Assembly (NCBI GenBank): GCA_964361085.1 | Contig: CAYHZK010000003.1 | Location: forward strand, 1 to 32,735 | Direction of reading: 5' to 3' | From: an uncultured Planctomycetales bacterium | Lineage (GTDB): Bacteria > Omnitrophota > Gorgyraeia > Zapsychrales > JANLHA01 | DNA length: 32,735 bases | Part shown: one piece after another, positions 1-8,803 of the stretch | How positions within the stretch are numbered: the first letter of the stretch is position 1 | Layout of the letters: the number at the start of each line of letters is the position of its first letter | Notes under the pieces: generated by a model | Seen by the model: only the letters and a program-made list of their open reading frames with translations | Databases searched by the model: none | Told to the model about the DNA's origin: nothing | Position numbers and translations under genes: made by a program

Positions 1-895
1 CGCAGATGATGAGAAAGAGGATGGTGTGCATCACGAGATACATCGTCCCCTCAAGTTTTATAAAAGTTGTAAAGCCCGCCCACAGGCCCGCCAGGATGAG
101 AAAAGAATCGTCCCGCGATTTGTGCCATATCAAAAGCAGCAGGATCGTCGCGCAGTGAAAATACAGCATTGTAAAATCCCGATAGGCGATGGTGCTGTGA
201 AAAATGAAAAAGTTTGAGGAACACAGCAGGGCCACGCCGGCGAGCGCCCAGGGTCTGCTTGTGTGCAGGCGGAGAAAAGAGTAATGAATGACAAGGTAAG
301 AGCAGAACATGAGCGGGAAAAACGCGTTAACCAGCAGTTCGTGCCATTTCCCAACCATCACGGCGATCCACGTCATCATCAACGGGACTTGCAACGGATA
401 GGCCGCGTGGGGGAGATGGGAGGGCTGATAAAGGGCGCGTTCGTAAAAAAAAACTTTCGCGTTGAAGGCGATAAAGGAGACGGCGTCCCACTCGGAGACC
501 GGAACGTTTAGCGCCCGCCAAAAGACGTAATAAATATGATAGCCGATAAAAAGCGCGAGCGATCCGATGATGATTTTTTCCTTTAACGTTGACGGTTGCG
601 GTCGGACATCCTGTTGCAGGGCGGGAGCGGCCGCGTCTTTGACTAAATTGTGAATGAAAAAAACAACAAAAGTCATGGCCAGCAGCGCGCCGCTGATTGT
701 CAAAAGATTGAATTCGATCCCCAGAATCCCCAGGAGGAGCATCCCCTGGCCCAGCAGGCCCAGCCCTAAACCGAAGGCGATGGCCGTCGAGAAAAGAAGA
801 TTGACTGGAAACCGGCGAAAGAGGAGAAACAACACCGCCATCCCCGCGGCGGTGGGGATCATGCCGGCTGCAGCGATTTTTAAGAATGTTTCCAT
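1..895 (-). CDS. GT-C fold (ArnT/PMT_2-like) polytopic membrane glycosyltransferase, C-terminal part cut by window edge
   Basis: Absent from the ORF track because it has no stop in the window. Complement ATG at 895-893; my hand translation stays open to nt 1 (METFLKIAAAGMIPTAAGMAVLFLLF...SEWDAVSFIAFNAKVFFYERALYQPSHLPHAAYPLQVPLMMTW...FTTFIKLEGTMYLVMH). Many hydrophobic helices and an acidic first loop. Its FIKLEG motif parallels FTKPEG in the 21697-23067 paralogue. Starts 13 nt after the stop of the upstream gene. Confidence 0.6.
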   Translation of the reverse strand, partial: METFLKIAAAGMIPTAAGMAVLFLLFRRFPVNLLFSTAIAFGLGLGLLGQGMLLLGILGIEFNLLTISGALLAMTFVVFFIHNLVKDAAAPALQQDVRPQPSTLKEKIIIGSLALFIGYHIYYVFWRALNVPVSEWDAVSFIAFNAKVFFYERALYQPSHLPHAAYPLQVPLMMTWIAVMVGKWHELLVNAFFPLMFCSYLVIHYSFLRLHTSRPWALAGVALLCSSNFFIFHSTIAYRDFTMLYFHCATILLLLIWHKSRDDSFLILAGLWAGFTTFIKLEGTMYLVMHTILFLIIC

Positions 896-908
896 AGTGA
901 TTGACGTG

Positions 909-1637
909 TCATTGTTTGATGGCGATTAAACTGTTTTTGTCAAAGGGCGGCATGGCGACATACCCGTCCGTGACCTGCGACAGCGGATCGTCCTTGGCGA
1001 AGATGATCAGGCAATCCTTGGTGTGGTCCTGGTCGACCCTGATATCAATCGGGTAAAGATAATAAGCCACGGCGGCGAAGGTGAGCATCCCCTCATTTTG
1101 AGCGGTATCCAGATCCGTGACGGGAATGCCCCAGTGCTTGCCGGGAAAATTACGCTGGCAATACCGCGCGAACTGATAGGAATTTTTAAACCGGATGGCG
1201 ATTTTTTCCTCCAGGGATTTATGGCCGTACAATTTGTATTGCTCCGTATGCGCCAGGATTTGCAGTCCGCTGATCAGGACCACAAATGCGAAGCCGACGT
1301 TGTAAAGGATTTGGGAGTTCCATGTCCCGGGCCGGGTTTTCTTTTGGCTCAGGGATTTGAACAGGCAAGCCAGCCCCCCAGCGATGGTCAAAGTCAGATA
1401 GACGTAAAATAACGCGTTTAGCCCCAGGATGTTTTTAACCTGAAAAAAATTTTTGTCGGGAACGGTAAGACTCCCGGCGAGGGTGAGGAGCGTTTCCGGG
1501 AGATCGCCCTGCAGCCGGAAGGATAAAAACGCAAAAAGGATCAGCCCGGACAGCGCGGTCGCGATCAGGGACAAAAGAAAATCCATTCCTGTGTTGGAGT
1601 CTCCGGCATGGTTTTTATAGGCGGGATCGTTCGACAT
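909..1637 (-). CDS. hypothetical membrane protein (3-4 TM helices plus C-terminal extracytoplasmic domain), immediately upstream of a GT-C gene
   Basis: The ORF track gives 909-1703, which would start at a TTG. A good minus-strand promoter (1690-1662) lies inside that extension, so ATG 1637 (MSNDPAYKNH...) or ATG 1586 (MDFLLSLIATALSG...) is the likelier start. Hydrophobic segments: LSLIATALSGLILFAFLSF, LFYVYLTLTIAGGLACLF, VGFAFVVLISGLQIL. I recognise no family. Confidence 0.5.
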   Translation of the reverse strand: MSNDPAYKNHAGDSNTGMDFLLSLIATALSGLILFAFLSFRLQGDLPETLLTLAGSLTVPDKNFFQVKNILGLNALFYVYLTLTIAGGLACLFKSLSQKKTRPGTWNSQILYNVGFAFVVLISGLQILAHTEQYKLYGHKSLEEKIAIRFKNSYQFARYCQRNFPGKHWGIPVTDLDTAQNEGMLTFAAVAYYLYPIDIRVDQDHTKDCLIIFAKDDPLSQVTDGYVAMPPFDKNSLIAIKQ

Positions 1638-1661
1638 GGATTGAAAGAAACAGATGGTGCC

Positions 1662-1690
1662 ATTATAGGGGCCTCTCAAGAACCAGACAA
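1662..1690 (-). promoter_or_regulatory. sigma70-like promoter TTGTCT-N17-TATAAT for the 1637->1 operon
   Basis: On the complement strand, -35 TTGTCT is at 1690-1685 and -10 TATAAT at 1667-1662, with a 17-nt spacer. Read directly from the sequence. Confidence 0.4.
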
Positions 1691-1730
1691 GCAATTTCTG
1701 CAATTACCCCGTCATTTTCGCGAAGAAAGC

Positions 1731-1739
1731 TGATATAAT
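1731..1739 (+). promoter_or_regulatory. extended -10 element TGaTATAAT for the GT2 gene
   Basis: TGATATAAT at 1731-1739, about 30 nt upstream of ATG 1770. The -35 is poor (GTCATT), but the TGn extension is present. Confidence 0.4.
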
Positions 1740-1769
1740 GGCCCGCGAACAATTCCCGGAGAACATTTC

Positions 1770-2717
1770 ATGAAACTCATCATCCAGATCCCCTGCCTCA
1801 ATGAAGAGCAAAGCCTTCCGGCAACGCTCAAAGACCTGCCGCAAAAGATTGAAGGGATCGATACCATTGAGATTTTGGTGATCGACGACGGCAGCAGCGA
1901 CCGCACCGCCCAGGTTGCCCGGGAGCAGGGCGCGCATCATATCGTGCGATTTACGAAACGGTGCGGGCTGGCCAGGGCCTTCAGCGCGGGGCTGGATGCC
2001 GGGTTAAAGACGGGCGCGGATATCATCGTTAATACCGACGCCGACGGGCAGTATAAGGGTGAGGATATTCCCCGTCTTGTGCGGCCGATTCTCAACGGGG
2101 AGGCTGATGTTGTCATCGGCAACCGTGATATCGAAAACGTCAGGCAATTTTCGTTCATTAAAAAACGGCTTCAGCGATTGGGCAGCTGGGTCGTGCGCAA
2201 TTTGTCCGGCACCACCGTGCCTGACGCGACGACGGGGTTTCGCGCTTACAGCCGCGAGGCCGCCCTGAGGATGAATATCGTTTCGGCTTACACCTATACT
2301 CTGGAAAGTCTTATCCAGGCCCAGCATAAGAACCTCGCTATCGCGAATATCACCATTCACACGAATGAGGTGACCCGCGAATCCCGTTTGTTCAAAAGCA
2401 TGTGGCAGTATATTGCCCGATCCATGGTCACGATCTTGCGGATCTATGCCATGTACAATCCCCTCAAAACTTTTGTTATCGCGGGATGTGGGCTGTCGCT
2501 GGCCGGATTTCTGATCGGCTGCCGGTTTGTGTATTATTATCTGCTTGGCTACGGCAGCGGGCACACCCAATCCCTGATTTTGGCGGCCATCCTCTTGATT
2601 GTTGGTTTTCAGATGTTTATCGTCGGGCTCGTCGGCGATCTCATCGCCGCCAACCGCCGGCTTATCGAGGACACCCTGTATCGAGTCCGGGAAATCGAGT
2701 CAAGGGAAAATTCTTAG
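1770..2717 (+). CDS. GT2 glycosyltransferase, GtrB/ArnC/Dpm1-type polyprenyl-phosphate sugar synthase
   Basis: 315 aa. GT-A motifs VIDDGSSDRT and NTDADGQY. Two C-terminal TM helices (FVIAGCGLSLAGFLIGC, LILAAILLIVGFQMFIVGLVG), typical of this clade. GGAGA lies 7 nt upstream of the ATG. Confidence 0.85.
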   Translation: MKLIIQIPCLNEEQSLPATLKDLPQKIEGIDTIEILVIDDGSSDRTAQVAREQGAHHIVRFTKRCGLARAFSAGLDAGLKTGADIIVNTDADGQYKGEDIPRLVRPILNGEADVVIGNRDIENVRQFSFIKKRLQRLGSWVVRNLSGTTVPDATTGFRAYSREAALRMNIVSAYTYTLESLIQAQHKNLAIANITIHTNEVTRESRLFKSMWQYIARSMVTILRIYAMYNPLKTFVIAGCGLSLAGFLIGCRFVYYYLLGYGSGHTQSLILAAILLIVGFQMFIVGLVGDLIAANRRLIEDTLYRVREIESRENS

Positions 2718-2739
2718 TGAATGTCTGCGCGGGACAGGG

Positions 2740-3474
2740 TCAGGACAATTTATTTTTGAGGACGATTTTTAAGGTGTGCAATTTTCTTAAGACATCGAAC
2801 CGGATCCGCTGAAAAACCGTGAATCTTTTGTCATTGATCCCGCTGTAAAAGATGCCTCCTTCCCTCCGCGCGATGTGCCGGAGGAATTTCTCTTGATCCT
2901 CCATAAAAGGCTGCTCGGAAGTTTTCTGCAAACAGACGCACAACAGCTCATTCATGACTGTCTGTTCCACGATCTGATATCCGTTTTCTTCGGCTAGCAC
3001 GCGAAAGAAATCCCTTGAGTAATAATTGTTGCAGTGATATTTCCATTGACCGTTCTGGTCCAGTTCTTCAACCGCCGGAATGATATGGATCATCAGACCG
3101 CCTTTTTTCGTGGCGCGATGGATATTTTGAAAACAGATAAACTGCGCCTCATAAGGCTCCACGTGTTCTGTTGTCCCGGAGTTGGTGACGATGTCGAAAT
3201 GTCCGATCCACTCGGGGCGATCCATGGGGCGCGCCAGGTCAACCGCCACGGCCCCGTCTCGTCCGTTCATATCAACCGAGGTGTGCTCCACACCCAGCTT
3301 TGAATAATATTCTTTGCCCTTCTTTTCGGGGATCGTCGGCGAAAAGGTCTTTCCCCAGAAGGCATTGAGGATATTTTGATTGCCGAGTTCCAGCATGCGT
3401 TTCCCTTGCGGCGCGCCTAAATATTTTGAGATGCAGCTATTGATAAACGCGATATGGTGCGGGAAATAAGCCAT
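2740..3474 (-). CDS. class I SAM-dependent methyltransferase (probable)
   Basis: 244 aa. Motif-I-like RMLELGNQN, DIVTNSGTTEHV and KKGGLMIHIIP fit the layout of Methyltransf_11/23-type enzymes. Lies within the glycosylation operon. Confidence 0.55.
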   Translation of the reverse strand: MAYFPHHIAFINSCISKYLGAPQGKRMLELGNQNILNAFWGKTFSPTIPEKKGKEYYSKLGVEHTSVDMNGRDGAVAVDLARPMDRPEWIGHFDIVTNSGTTEHVEPYEAQFICFQNIHRATKKGGLMIHIIPAVEELDQNGQWKYHCNNYYSRDFFRVLAEENGYQIVEQTVMNELLCVCLQKTSEQPFMEDQEKFLRHIARREGGIFYSGINDKRFTVFQRIRFDVLRKLHTLKIVLKNKLS

Positions 3475-3483
3475 GGGCGATTC

Positions 3484-4692
3484 CTAAGTTTTAAGAGCGG
3501 GGATCTCCCGGATGAGATGATCCACCAGGTTAGACCAGGTGTAATTTTTCATAATTTCACGGCATCGTCGAGACATCGATTGAGCCAATTGGTCGTCTAA
3601 AAGAATTTTCATGATCCCGCGCGCGAGATCCTGTGGGTCGTCGGGTCTGACAATGATCCCCGCGGTTCCCTGATCAAGGTATTCTTTTCTGTCGCCGATA
3701 TCCGCGGTCACAACAGGCACACCCGCGACCATGCTTTCGAATATCTTCCAGGGCGACCGGCCGTGGTTGTTCAGGGTGTCGCGGGCCGGATCAACGCTGA
3801 CGTGAGCGCAGTGAAGGTAAGACGGGATTTCCTCAGGGGCGACGCGTCCCGTGAAATGAACGGCGTCTTTCAATTCAGGCTCAATTATTTCCCGCACATG
3901 ATCGAAGTCCTCTCCTCCGCCGATGATCAATAAGACCGCGTGAGGAATCTCTCGATGAACGTCCCGAAACGCGTCGATCAGCAGATCCACGGCGTGCCCG
4001 GATCGAAGGCTCAGGGCCCCAAAATAGATAACGACCTTTTTCTTGTGCAGGGAATATTTTTGTTGCAACCGTTCGACGGCGTTCTCTTCAAAGTGATTAA
4101 AAAAAGTTTCATCGGGGGAATATTGAAACTTGACAAATTTATTTTCCGGATAACCAAGTTGAACATACCGTTGCTTTAAGAACGATGTGTTATAGGTCAC
4201 CTTGTGGGCATATCGCGGCAGACGGTCCTCAAAAAAGGCGACAATCTTTTTTTGCAAACCGGACAGTGTTTCAAATCCCGCCTCATAATCATCCGTGTCA
4301 AGGAGGAGGGGCTTCCCTTTGACCCATTTGACGATCAGCGCGGCAAGGCCGTTGATGGGCTGGGGTTTAAAGCAGTAAATCACATCAGTTTTCAGCGCCA
4401 GGCCTTTTAAGGTCATCCCCGCGACGGAACAAAAAACAACCCAGAGGAGTTGAATCGGATTGAAATAGTATTTCCGTTCATTGATTTTCAGGACCTGCAT
4501 CTGTCCGACAAAATAAACATCCACGCCGTCGACATTGATGTGCCGTTGGGACAAGGATTTCAGATGGGGGTGAAGCGTCAGACATTGGACGTTATATCCA
4601 CGCTTGACGAATTCACGCCCCAGCGGAATATACTTGATGCCGCTGGGCTCCTGCAGTCCTCCTACGGCGAAGAATGTGATGGTTTTAGTCAT
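3484..4692 (-). CDS. GT4 (glycosyl transferases group 1) glycosyltransferase
   Basis: 402 aa with GT-B C-terminal domain signature ...GGGEDFDHV...FTGRV...PWKIFESMVAGVPVVTADIGDRKEYL. Overlaps the upstream gene by 8 nt. Confidence 0.85.
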   Translation of the reverse strand: MTKTITFFAVGGLQEPSGIKYIPLGREFVKRGYNVQCLTLHPHLKSLSQRHINVDGVDVYFVGQMQVLKINERKYYFNPIQLLWVVFCSVAGMTLKGLALKTDVIYCFKPQPINGLAALIVKWVKGKPLLLDTDDYEAGFETLSGLQKKIVAFFEDRLPRYAHKVTYNTSFLKQRYVQLGYPENKFVKFQYSPDETFFNHFEENAVERLQQKYSLHKKKVVIYFGALSLRSGHAVDLLIDAFRDVHREIPHAVLLIIGGGEDFDHVREIIEPELKDAVHFTGRVAPEEIPSYLHCAHVSVDPARDTLNNHGRSPWKIFESMVAGVPVVTADIGDRKEYLDQGTAGIIVRPDDPQDLARGIMKILLDDQLAQSMSRRCREIMKNYTWSNLVDHLIREIPALKT

Positions 4693-5632
4693 TCTTTTTA
4701 ACAGCCCCTAACAGTGTCCGATAAAATATGACGGACAGGAGCAGGTAAAGGATATACCAGATCAGACGCAACGTCGCGCAGACAATAATGCCGCCTCCCG
4801 CGGAATTCCCAAGGACCGTGGAAAGATACCCGTAAATCACCTCCGTCACGCCAAGATTGCTGGGGGTGATAAAGAAAATGTTGCTTAAAAGGGTCAAGGC
4901 CGTAAAAAGGGTCGTCTCGGCAAAATTCAGGTGCACCTCAATCGCCCCAAACGCTATAAAGATCGAACATGCAAAAAGCATAAATGTTAAAAAATTTAAA
5001 GAAATTATAACAGTCAGCAACCGGAGGTCTCTCATCGTGACCATAAAACTGTCGACAATGTCACAGAGTTTTCGCTGGGCCCAGAGCAGCCACGGGTTTT
5101 TTGTCTTATGGGATTGTAGAATTTTTTGGCTTAAAAGGGGAATGAGAAGAAATATCGCCAAGAGCCCTGTTAAAAGACCGATGGCGTTAAATCCCTTGAT
5201 CTGAAACCGGTGATCCTGGATAGCGATAGCACCGATGGAGATCAGCAAAACAAAAATCGCCTCCAGCCAGCCGAAGACAGAGATCATCCCGATGGATTGG
5301 GTATAGGGGAATTGATGGTTTGTTTTCAGGATATAGCTTCGGAACAGGTTGCCGCCCTGCGTGACGTGGAAATTGACAAAACGAGAAACGGAAAAAATCT
5401 TAAACCAATCCGTAAACAGGACATCCCGGAGCCCCAGCTTTCTTAAAATAATCAGCATTTTGTAGCCCAGAAGGACGTGAATGGCAATACTCAGGAGGAA
5501 AATAATGAGGAGCCGGTCACTCTGCAATTGAAAAATGTAGGCTAACTCCCCGGTATGTTGAGAAAAATAGCGCAGGATGATCAGGAGACAGAGGGAAATA
5601 ATAACAGTTTGTAAAAATATTTTGTTCTTCAA
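4685..5632 (-). CDS. UPF0104 / LPG_synthase_TM (MprF-flippase-domain-like) membrane protein
   Basis: 315 aa polytopic protein resembling the paralogue at 12207-13205 (N-terminal TM, FxGNLFxxxxxG-like FHVTQGGNLFRSY). TTG start overlaps the upstream TGA stop (TTGA). AT-rich membrane-protein composition. Confidence 0.65.
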   Translation of the reverse strand: MKNKIFLQTVIISLCLLIILRYFSQHTGELAYIFQLQSDRLLIIFLLSIAIHVLLGYKMLIILRKLGLRDVLFTDWFKIFSVSRFVNFHVTQGGNLFRSYILKTNHQFPYTQSIGMISVFGWLEAIFVLLISIGAIAIQDHRFQIKGFNAIGLLTGLLAIFLLIPLLSQKILQSHKTKNPWLLWAQRKLCDIVDSFMVTMRDLRLLTVIISLNFLTFMLFACSIFIAFGAIEVHLNFAETTLFTALTLLSNIFFITPSNLGVTEVIYGYLSTVLGNSAGGGIIVCATLRLIWYILYLLLSVIFYRTLLGAVKKND

Positions 5633-7197
5633 GTGTCGTCTTTTCCGGTTTTGAGTTTTGAAAATAATAAGGTGATAAAGGCCATAAACAGTAAAACCGG
5701 CAGCGCTGTCAGCATAAAAGCATTAAAGAGTGGGTGAGGTTCTAAAGGAAGAGCCCCGGTTTTCTGGAGGATTATGAATTCTAGCATCCCGAATAAAGAA
5801 AATATGAAAGTCCCCGGCAGACAAACCCACCCGGCCCATTCGTCGTCCTGATATAAACAACGGCACACGAACCATATGCTGAATATTGCGATCAGCGATT
5901 TCGCAATCAACTCAATTTCTCCACCCCATGCCGCCTGAGCGCACGCGTAAATAAATTTACATAAGGCGTACAAGGATAAACACAGAATGGGAAGAGCCAT
6001 TTTATGGCTTTTGCGGATATTGTGATAGGGGCATGTTTTCACGATGGTATAGATATGATGCCATCCGATTGTCGCGATCAACGCGATGCAGGGATACATC
6101 GGCACGCGAAACCGCTCGCCGGCGCCTAAGTTTGCCGCGAAAACGGGAGCCGCCGTCAGGTAAACAATAACGACGAAAAAGAAGCGGAGATAAATATTTT
6201 TTTTTATCAAGACGAGCCCCATGATGAGTCCCAGTTTCCAAAGATCAATCCAGCTCAGTGTTATTATTTTAAACATTGCTGTTAAAGCGGCATCCGGGAG
6301 TGTCATCAGCGTTGTATGGGTTAAGACACGTCGAATCAGGTTGAGAAAATTCCAGGGGTAAAAGACCCACGGCGATACCCCTGACACATTCAATCTTTGA
6401 TAACTGCCGATAATCCCGTCGCCGCCGTAAGAAACGTCTCCAATGCTGGAAAAGCGCCATTCCCCAAGCTGCGTATAATTCCGTACATGCCACAAACTCA
6501 GAAGACACGTGACAGTGATGATAAACAGAACGCTGTGGGCGATGACCTTTTCCGGAGATTTTCTATAAGCGAGGACAAAATAACACGCAATGATTGTGTA
6601 AGGTAAATAATAGCCTATGGGACGGATATAAACACAAACAGCCGATAAGAACGCGGCAATGAGCAAGTCGCGCGTCTTTCCCGAATTCAAGTAAATCACG
6701 AAAAAGTAAAGAAAACCCGTCAAGACGCAGGTGAAGAGTGTTTCGGTGATCATGAGCATGGAGTTATAAGTCACCGAGAAATCAAAGAGCATGAAGAGAG
6801 CGCATAAGCGCTTTAAGCCGGGGTCAACGACGCCCATGATTTTATAAACAATCAGGGCTGCAAGGATTGAAAGGAATATCTGAACATACACGATCCGAAT
6901 AAAATCGAATTGAAAAACGCCCGATAATATCGCAAGAAAGATGGGATACCCCGGTGTCCGGAATATTTCCGGCACTAAGACGCCATTTTGATCAATTTGA
7001 GCAAAGGCCTTGTTCTTGATCAGGGAGCCGGCGAGGTTGACGTAACTTGCGGAGTCAGGCAGAAAAATGGCCTCCTTTCCGCATTGATTCAGATACAGAT
7101 GGAAGGCGAAAAATTTAAACCAGACCAGGCACGCCGCAATGATAAAGAACACATTTTTTGAGAGAGGAAAGAGGGGGATGTGTTCTGCGCTCCGCAT
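5629..7197 (-). CDS. GT-C fold (PMT_2/ArnT-like) polytopic membrane glycosyltransferase
   Basis: 522 aa with more than 10 hydrophobic helices. First-loop region PDSASYVNLAGSL...FRTPGYPIFLAILSG matches what I recall for PMT_2-family (GT39/GT83-like) enzymes. Confidence 0.65.
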   Translation of the reverse strand: MRSAEHIPLFPLSKNVFFIIAACLVWFKFFAFHLYLNQCGKEAIFLPDSASYVNLAGSLIKNKAFAQIDQNGVLVPEIFRTPGYPIFLAILSGVFQFDFIRIVYVQIFLSILAALIVYKIMGVVDPGLKRLCALFMLFDFSVTYNSMLMITETLFTCVLTGFLYFFVIYLNSGKTRDLLIAAFLSAVCVYIRPIGYYLPYTIIACYFVLAYRKSPEKVIAHSVLFIITVTCLLSLWHVRNYTQLGEWRFSSIGDVSYGGDGIIGSYQRLNVSGVSPWVFYPWNFLNLIRRVLTHTTLMTLPDAALTAMFKIITLSWIDLWKLGLIMGLVLIKKNIYLRFFFVVIVYLTAAPVFAANLGAGERFRVPMYPCIALIATIGWHHIYTIVKTCPYHNIRKSHKMALPILCLSLYALCKFIYACAQAAWGGEIELIAKSLIAIFSIWFVCRCLYQDDEWAGWVCLPGTFIFSLFGMLEFIILQKTGALPLEPHPLFNAFMLTALPVLLFMAFITLLFSKLKTGKDDT

Positions 7198-7202
7198 AGA
7201 TT

Positions 7203-7925
7203 TTAATCTTGAGCCTTCTTAAGAATTTTCTTGCCCCATCCTCGTATGGCCTTGGGAATCTTAATGCGGACCGCCCCTTCGCTGAGTTTTTTGACGATCA
7301 ACATATTAAAATTCTTCAGGCGGTCGGCGGCCGTGATGTTTTTGGATTTGACGGCCAGGGTGATTTCATCGATCAGTTTGATGTCCTTAAATTGACCCGA
7401 ACGGTAAATAAGTTCATTGACGACTCGCCGGGGGCCTTCGTATCCAATGGTATCGTGAAAAACAACCATGCCGCCGTCGATCACTTTGGGGACCCAATCG
7501 TGAAAATCTTCTTTGACGGCGGAGTATTCATGGCTCCCGTCGATAAAAAGCAGTTCAATCGGTTCATGAAATGACAGGGCCGCGTGGCGCGAGGTATCCA
7601 CGATCGGCACGATCAGGTCCGCAACGCGGGCTTTTTCGATATTCCGTGAAAACTCCGCGAAGGTGTTGGATGGGGTTTTTGCCCCCGCGTATTCGGTGTA
7701 TCCTTCATGAGGATCAATGGCGTAAATCTTGATATTCTTTCCCCGTTGAGACCCTTTAGCCAGACAGATGGTCGATTTCCCTTTATAGGAACCGATCTCG
7801 ACGATAACCCCTTTGGCCGTGCAGCATCGCGCGGAATGATACAACAGTTCCGCCTCGTGGCCGGACAGCCACCCTTCTATGGGATCGACAATCCCTTTAA
7901 TACTTTCTATGTCCTGGTCGGCCAT
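7203..7925 (-). CDS. class I SAM-dependent methyltransferase (Methyltransf_24/CmcI-like)
   Basis: 240 aa: GWLSGHEAELLY, VIVEIGSYKGKST, IYAIDPH, LLFIDGSHEYSAVKEDF, GGMVVFHD. Confidence 0.8.
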   Translation of the reverse strand: MADQDIESIKGIVDPIEGWLSGHEAELLYHSARCCTAKGVIVEIGSYKGKSTICLAKGSQRGKNIKIYAIDPHEGYTEYAGAKTPSNTFAEFSRNIEKARVADLIVPIVDTSRHAALSFHEPIELLFIDGSHEYSAVKEDFHDWVPKVIDGGMVVFHDTIGYEGPRRVVNELIYRSGQFKDIKLIDEITLAVKSKNITAADRLKNFNMLIVKKLSEGAVRIKIPKAIRGWGKKILKKAQD

Positions 7926-7952
7926 AATCCCTTATGAAAAGAGGTTTTTTGG

Positions 7953-8681
7953 TTAAGCTGAAACAGAATTTTTTTGTATGACCAACAAAAGGTCATCTCC
8001 TCGTGCGATTGTCTTTTCCATGCGGTACGCGCGGAGGGGAAAAAGCCTTTCGATCTCTCCCATCGACCATTGGCGGACGTGGAACAAATGCCGCCTCGCG
8101 GATGCGCTGACCGGGACAAGAAAGAAAAGCCCGTTTTCCTTAAGCGAGTCTTTGACCTGGGTCATGGCGAACGACAGTTTTTGATCGGTCACAATGTGTT
8201 CGATCACGTCCATCATGATGATGACATCAAATGTCCTGTCCAGGGGTTCCGTCGTGACATCTTTTTTGACAAACTGGAATTGGGGGAACTGGTTTTGCAA
8301 TTGAGGGAAGTAAGCGTCCGTAATATCGATCCCCGTGTAATTTTTAACATCCAGGTCGCGAAGGATTTTTGTGTAAAAACCCGTCCCGCAGCCGATTTCA
8401 AGAACATGGATTTGAGAATAATTCAGGTTTTGTTTTTGGCAGGCGTCACGAAAGACTTCCTCGGCAAGGCCGCGTTGTTTTAAGTTCTCCTCCTCGGAAA
8501 GGCCTTCGATCCCCACGGCCTTGACATTCCCCTTGTGCCGTTTGAAACGGTCGTCCCAGTACCGGGCCGCGTCATAGTCGTCCTTCCGGCCGTATTTCAA
8601 AGGAAAAATAATCATCTTGTCGATGACGCGCCTGGTGAACTCGATGGGGTTGCCCAGGAATCTGATCAGGAAATCTTTCAT
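7953..8681 (-). CDS. class I SAM-dependent methyltransferase
   Basis: 242 aa. Motif I VLEIGCGTGFYT, motif II region FDVIIMMDVIEHI, then LKENGLFFL. Confidence 0.85.
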   Translation of the reverse strand: MKDFLIRFLGNPIEFTRRVIDKMIIFPLKYGRKDDYDAARYWDDRFKRHKGNVKAVGIEGLSEEENLKQRGLAEEVFRDACQKQNLNYSQIHVLEIGCGTGFYTKILRDLDVKNYTGIDITDAYFPQLQNQFPQFQFVKKDVTTEPLDRTFDVIIMMDVIEHIVTDQKLSFAMTQVKDSLKENGLFFLVPVSASARRHLFHVRQWSMGEIERLFPLRAYRMEKTIARGDDLLLVIQKNSVSA

Positions 8682-8738
8682 TATTTTTTGGGTTTTTTGC
8701 CCTTCCCCCGGATCCGCTGGTTTATAATACTGGGCATC

Positions 8739-8766
8739 ATCATAAGATACCTGAGCATAATATCAA
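8739..8766 (-). promoter_or_regulatory. candidate promoter TTGATA-N16-TATGAT for the 8681->2740 methyltransferase/GT operon
   Basis: On the complement strand, TTGATA is at 8766-8761 and TATGAT at 8744-8739, with a 16-nt spacer. Located in the divergent 122-nt intergenic region. Confidence 0.3.
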
Positions 8767-8803
8767 AAAATAACCGATAGCTTAATAACAATTTCCCCGA
8801 AAA

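Noticed and set aside
445-453. 9-nt homopolymer tracts inside envelope genes (A9 at 445-453 and T9 at 6197-6205 in GT-C genes, A9 at 12220-12228 in UPF0104, T9 at 14318-14326 in mlaE), considered as slipped-strand phase-variation switches.
   Set aside because: They translate to ordinary FFF or KKK runs (TTT/AAA codons) in hydrophobic or basic segments. One occurs in the housekeeping gene mlaE. The window offers no evidence of length polymorphism, so this cannot be separated from codon usage without population data.
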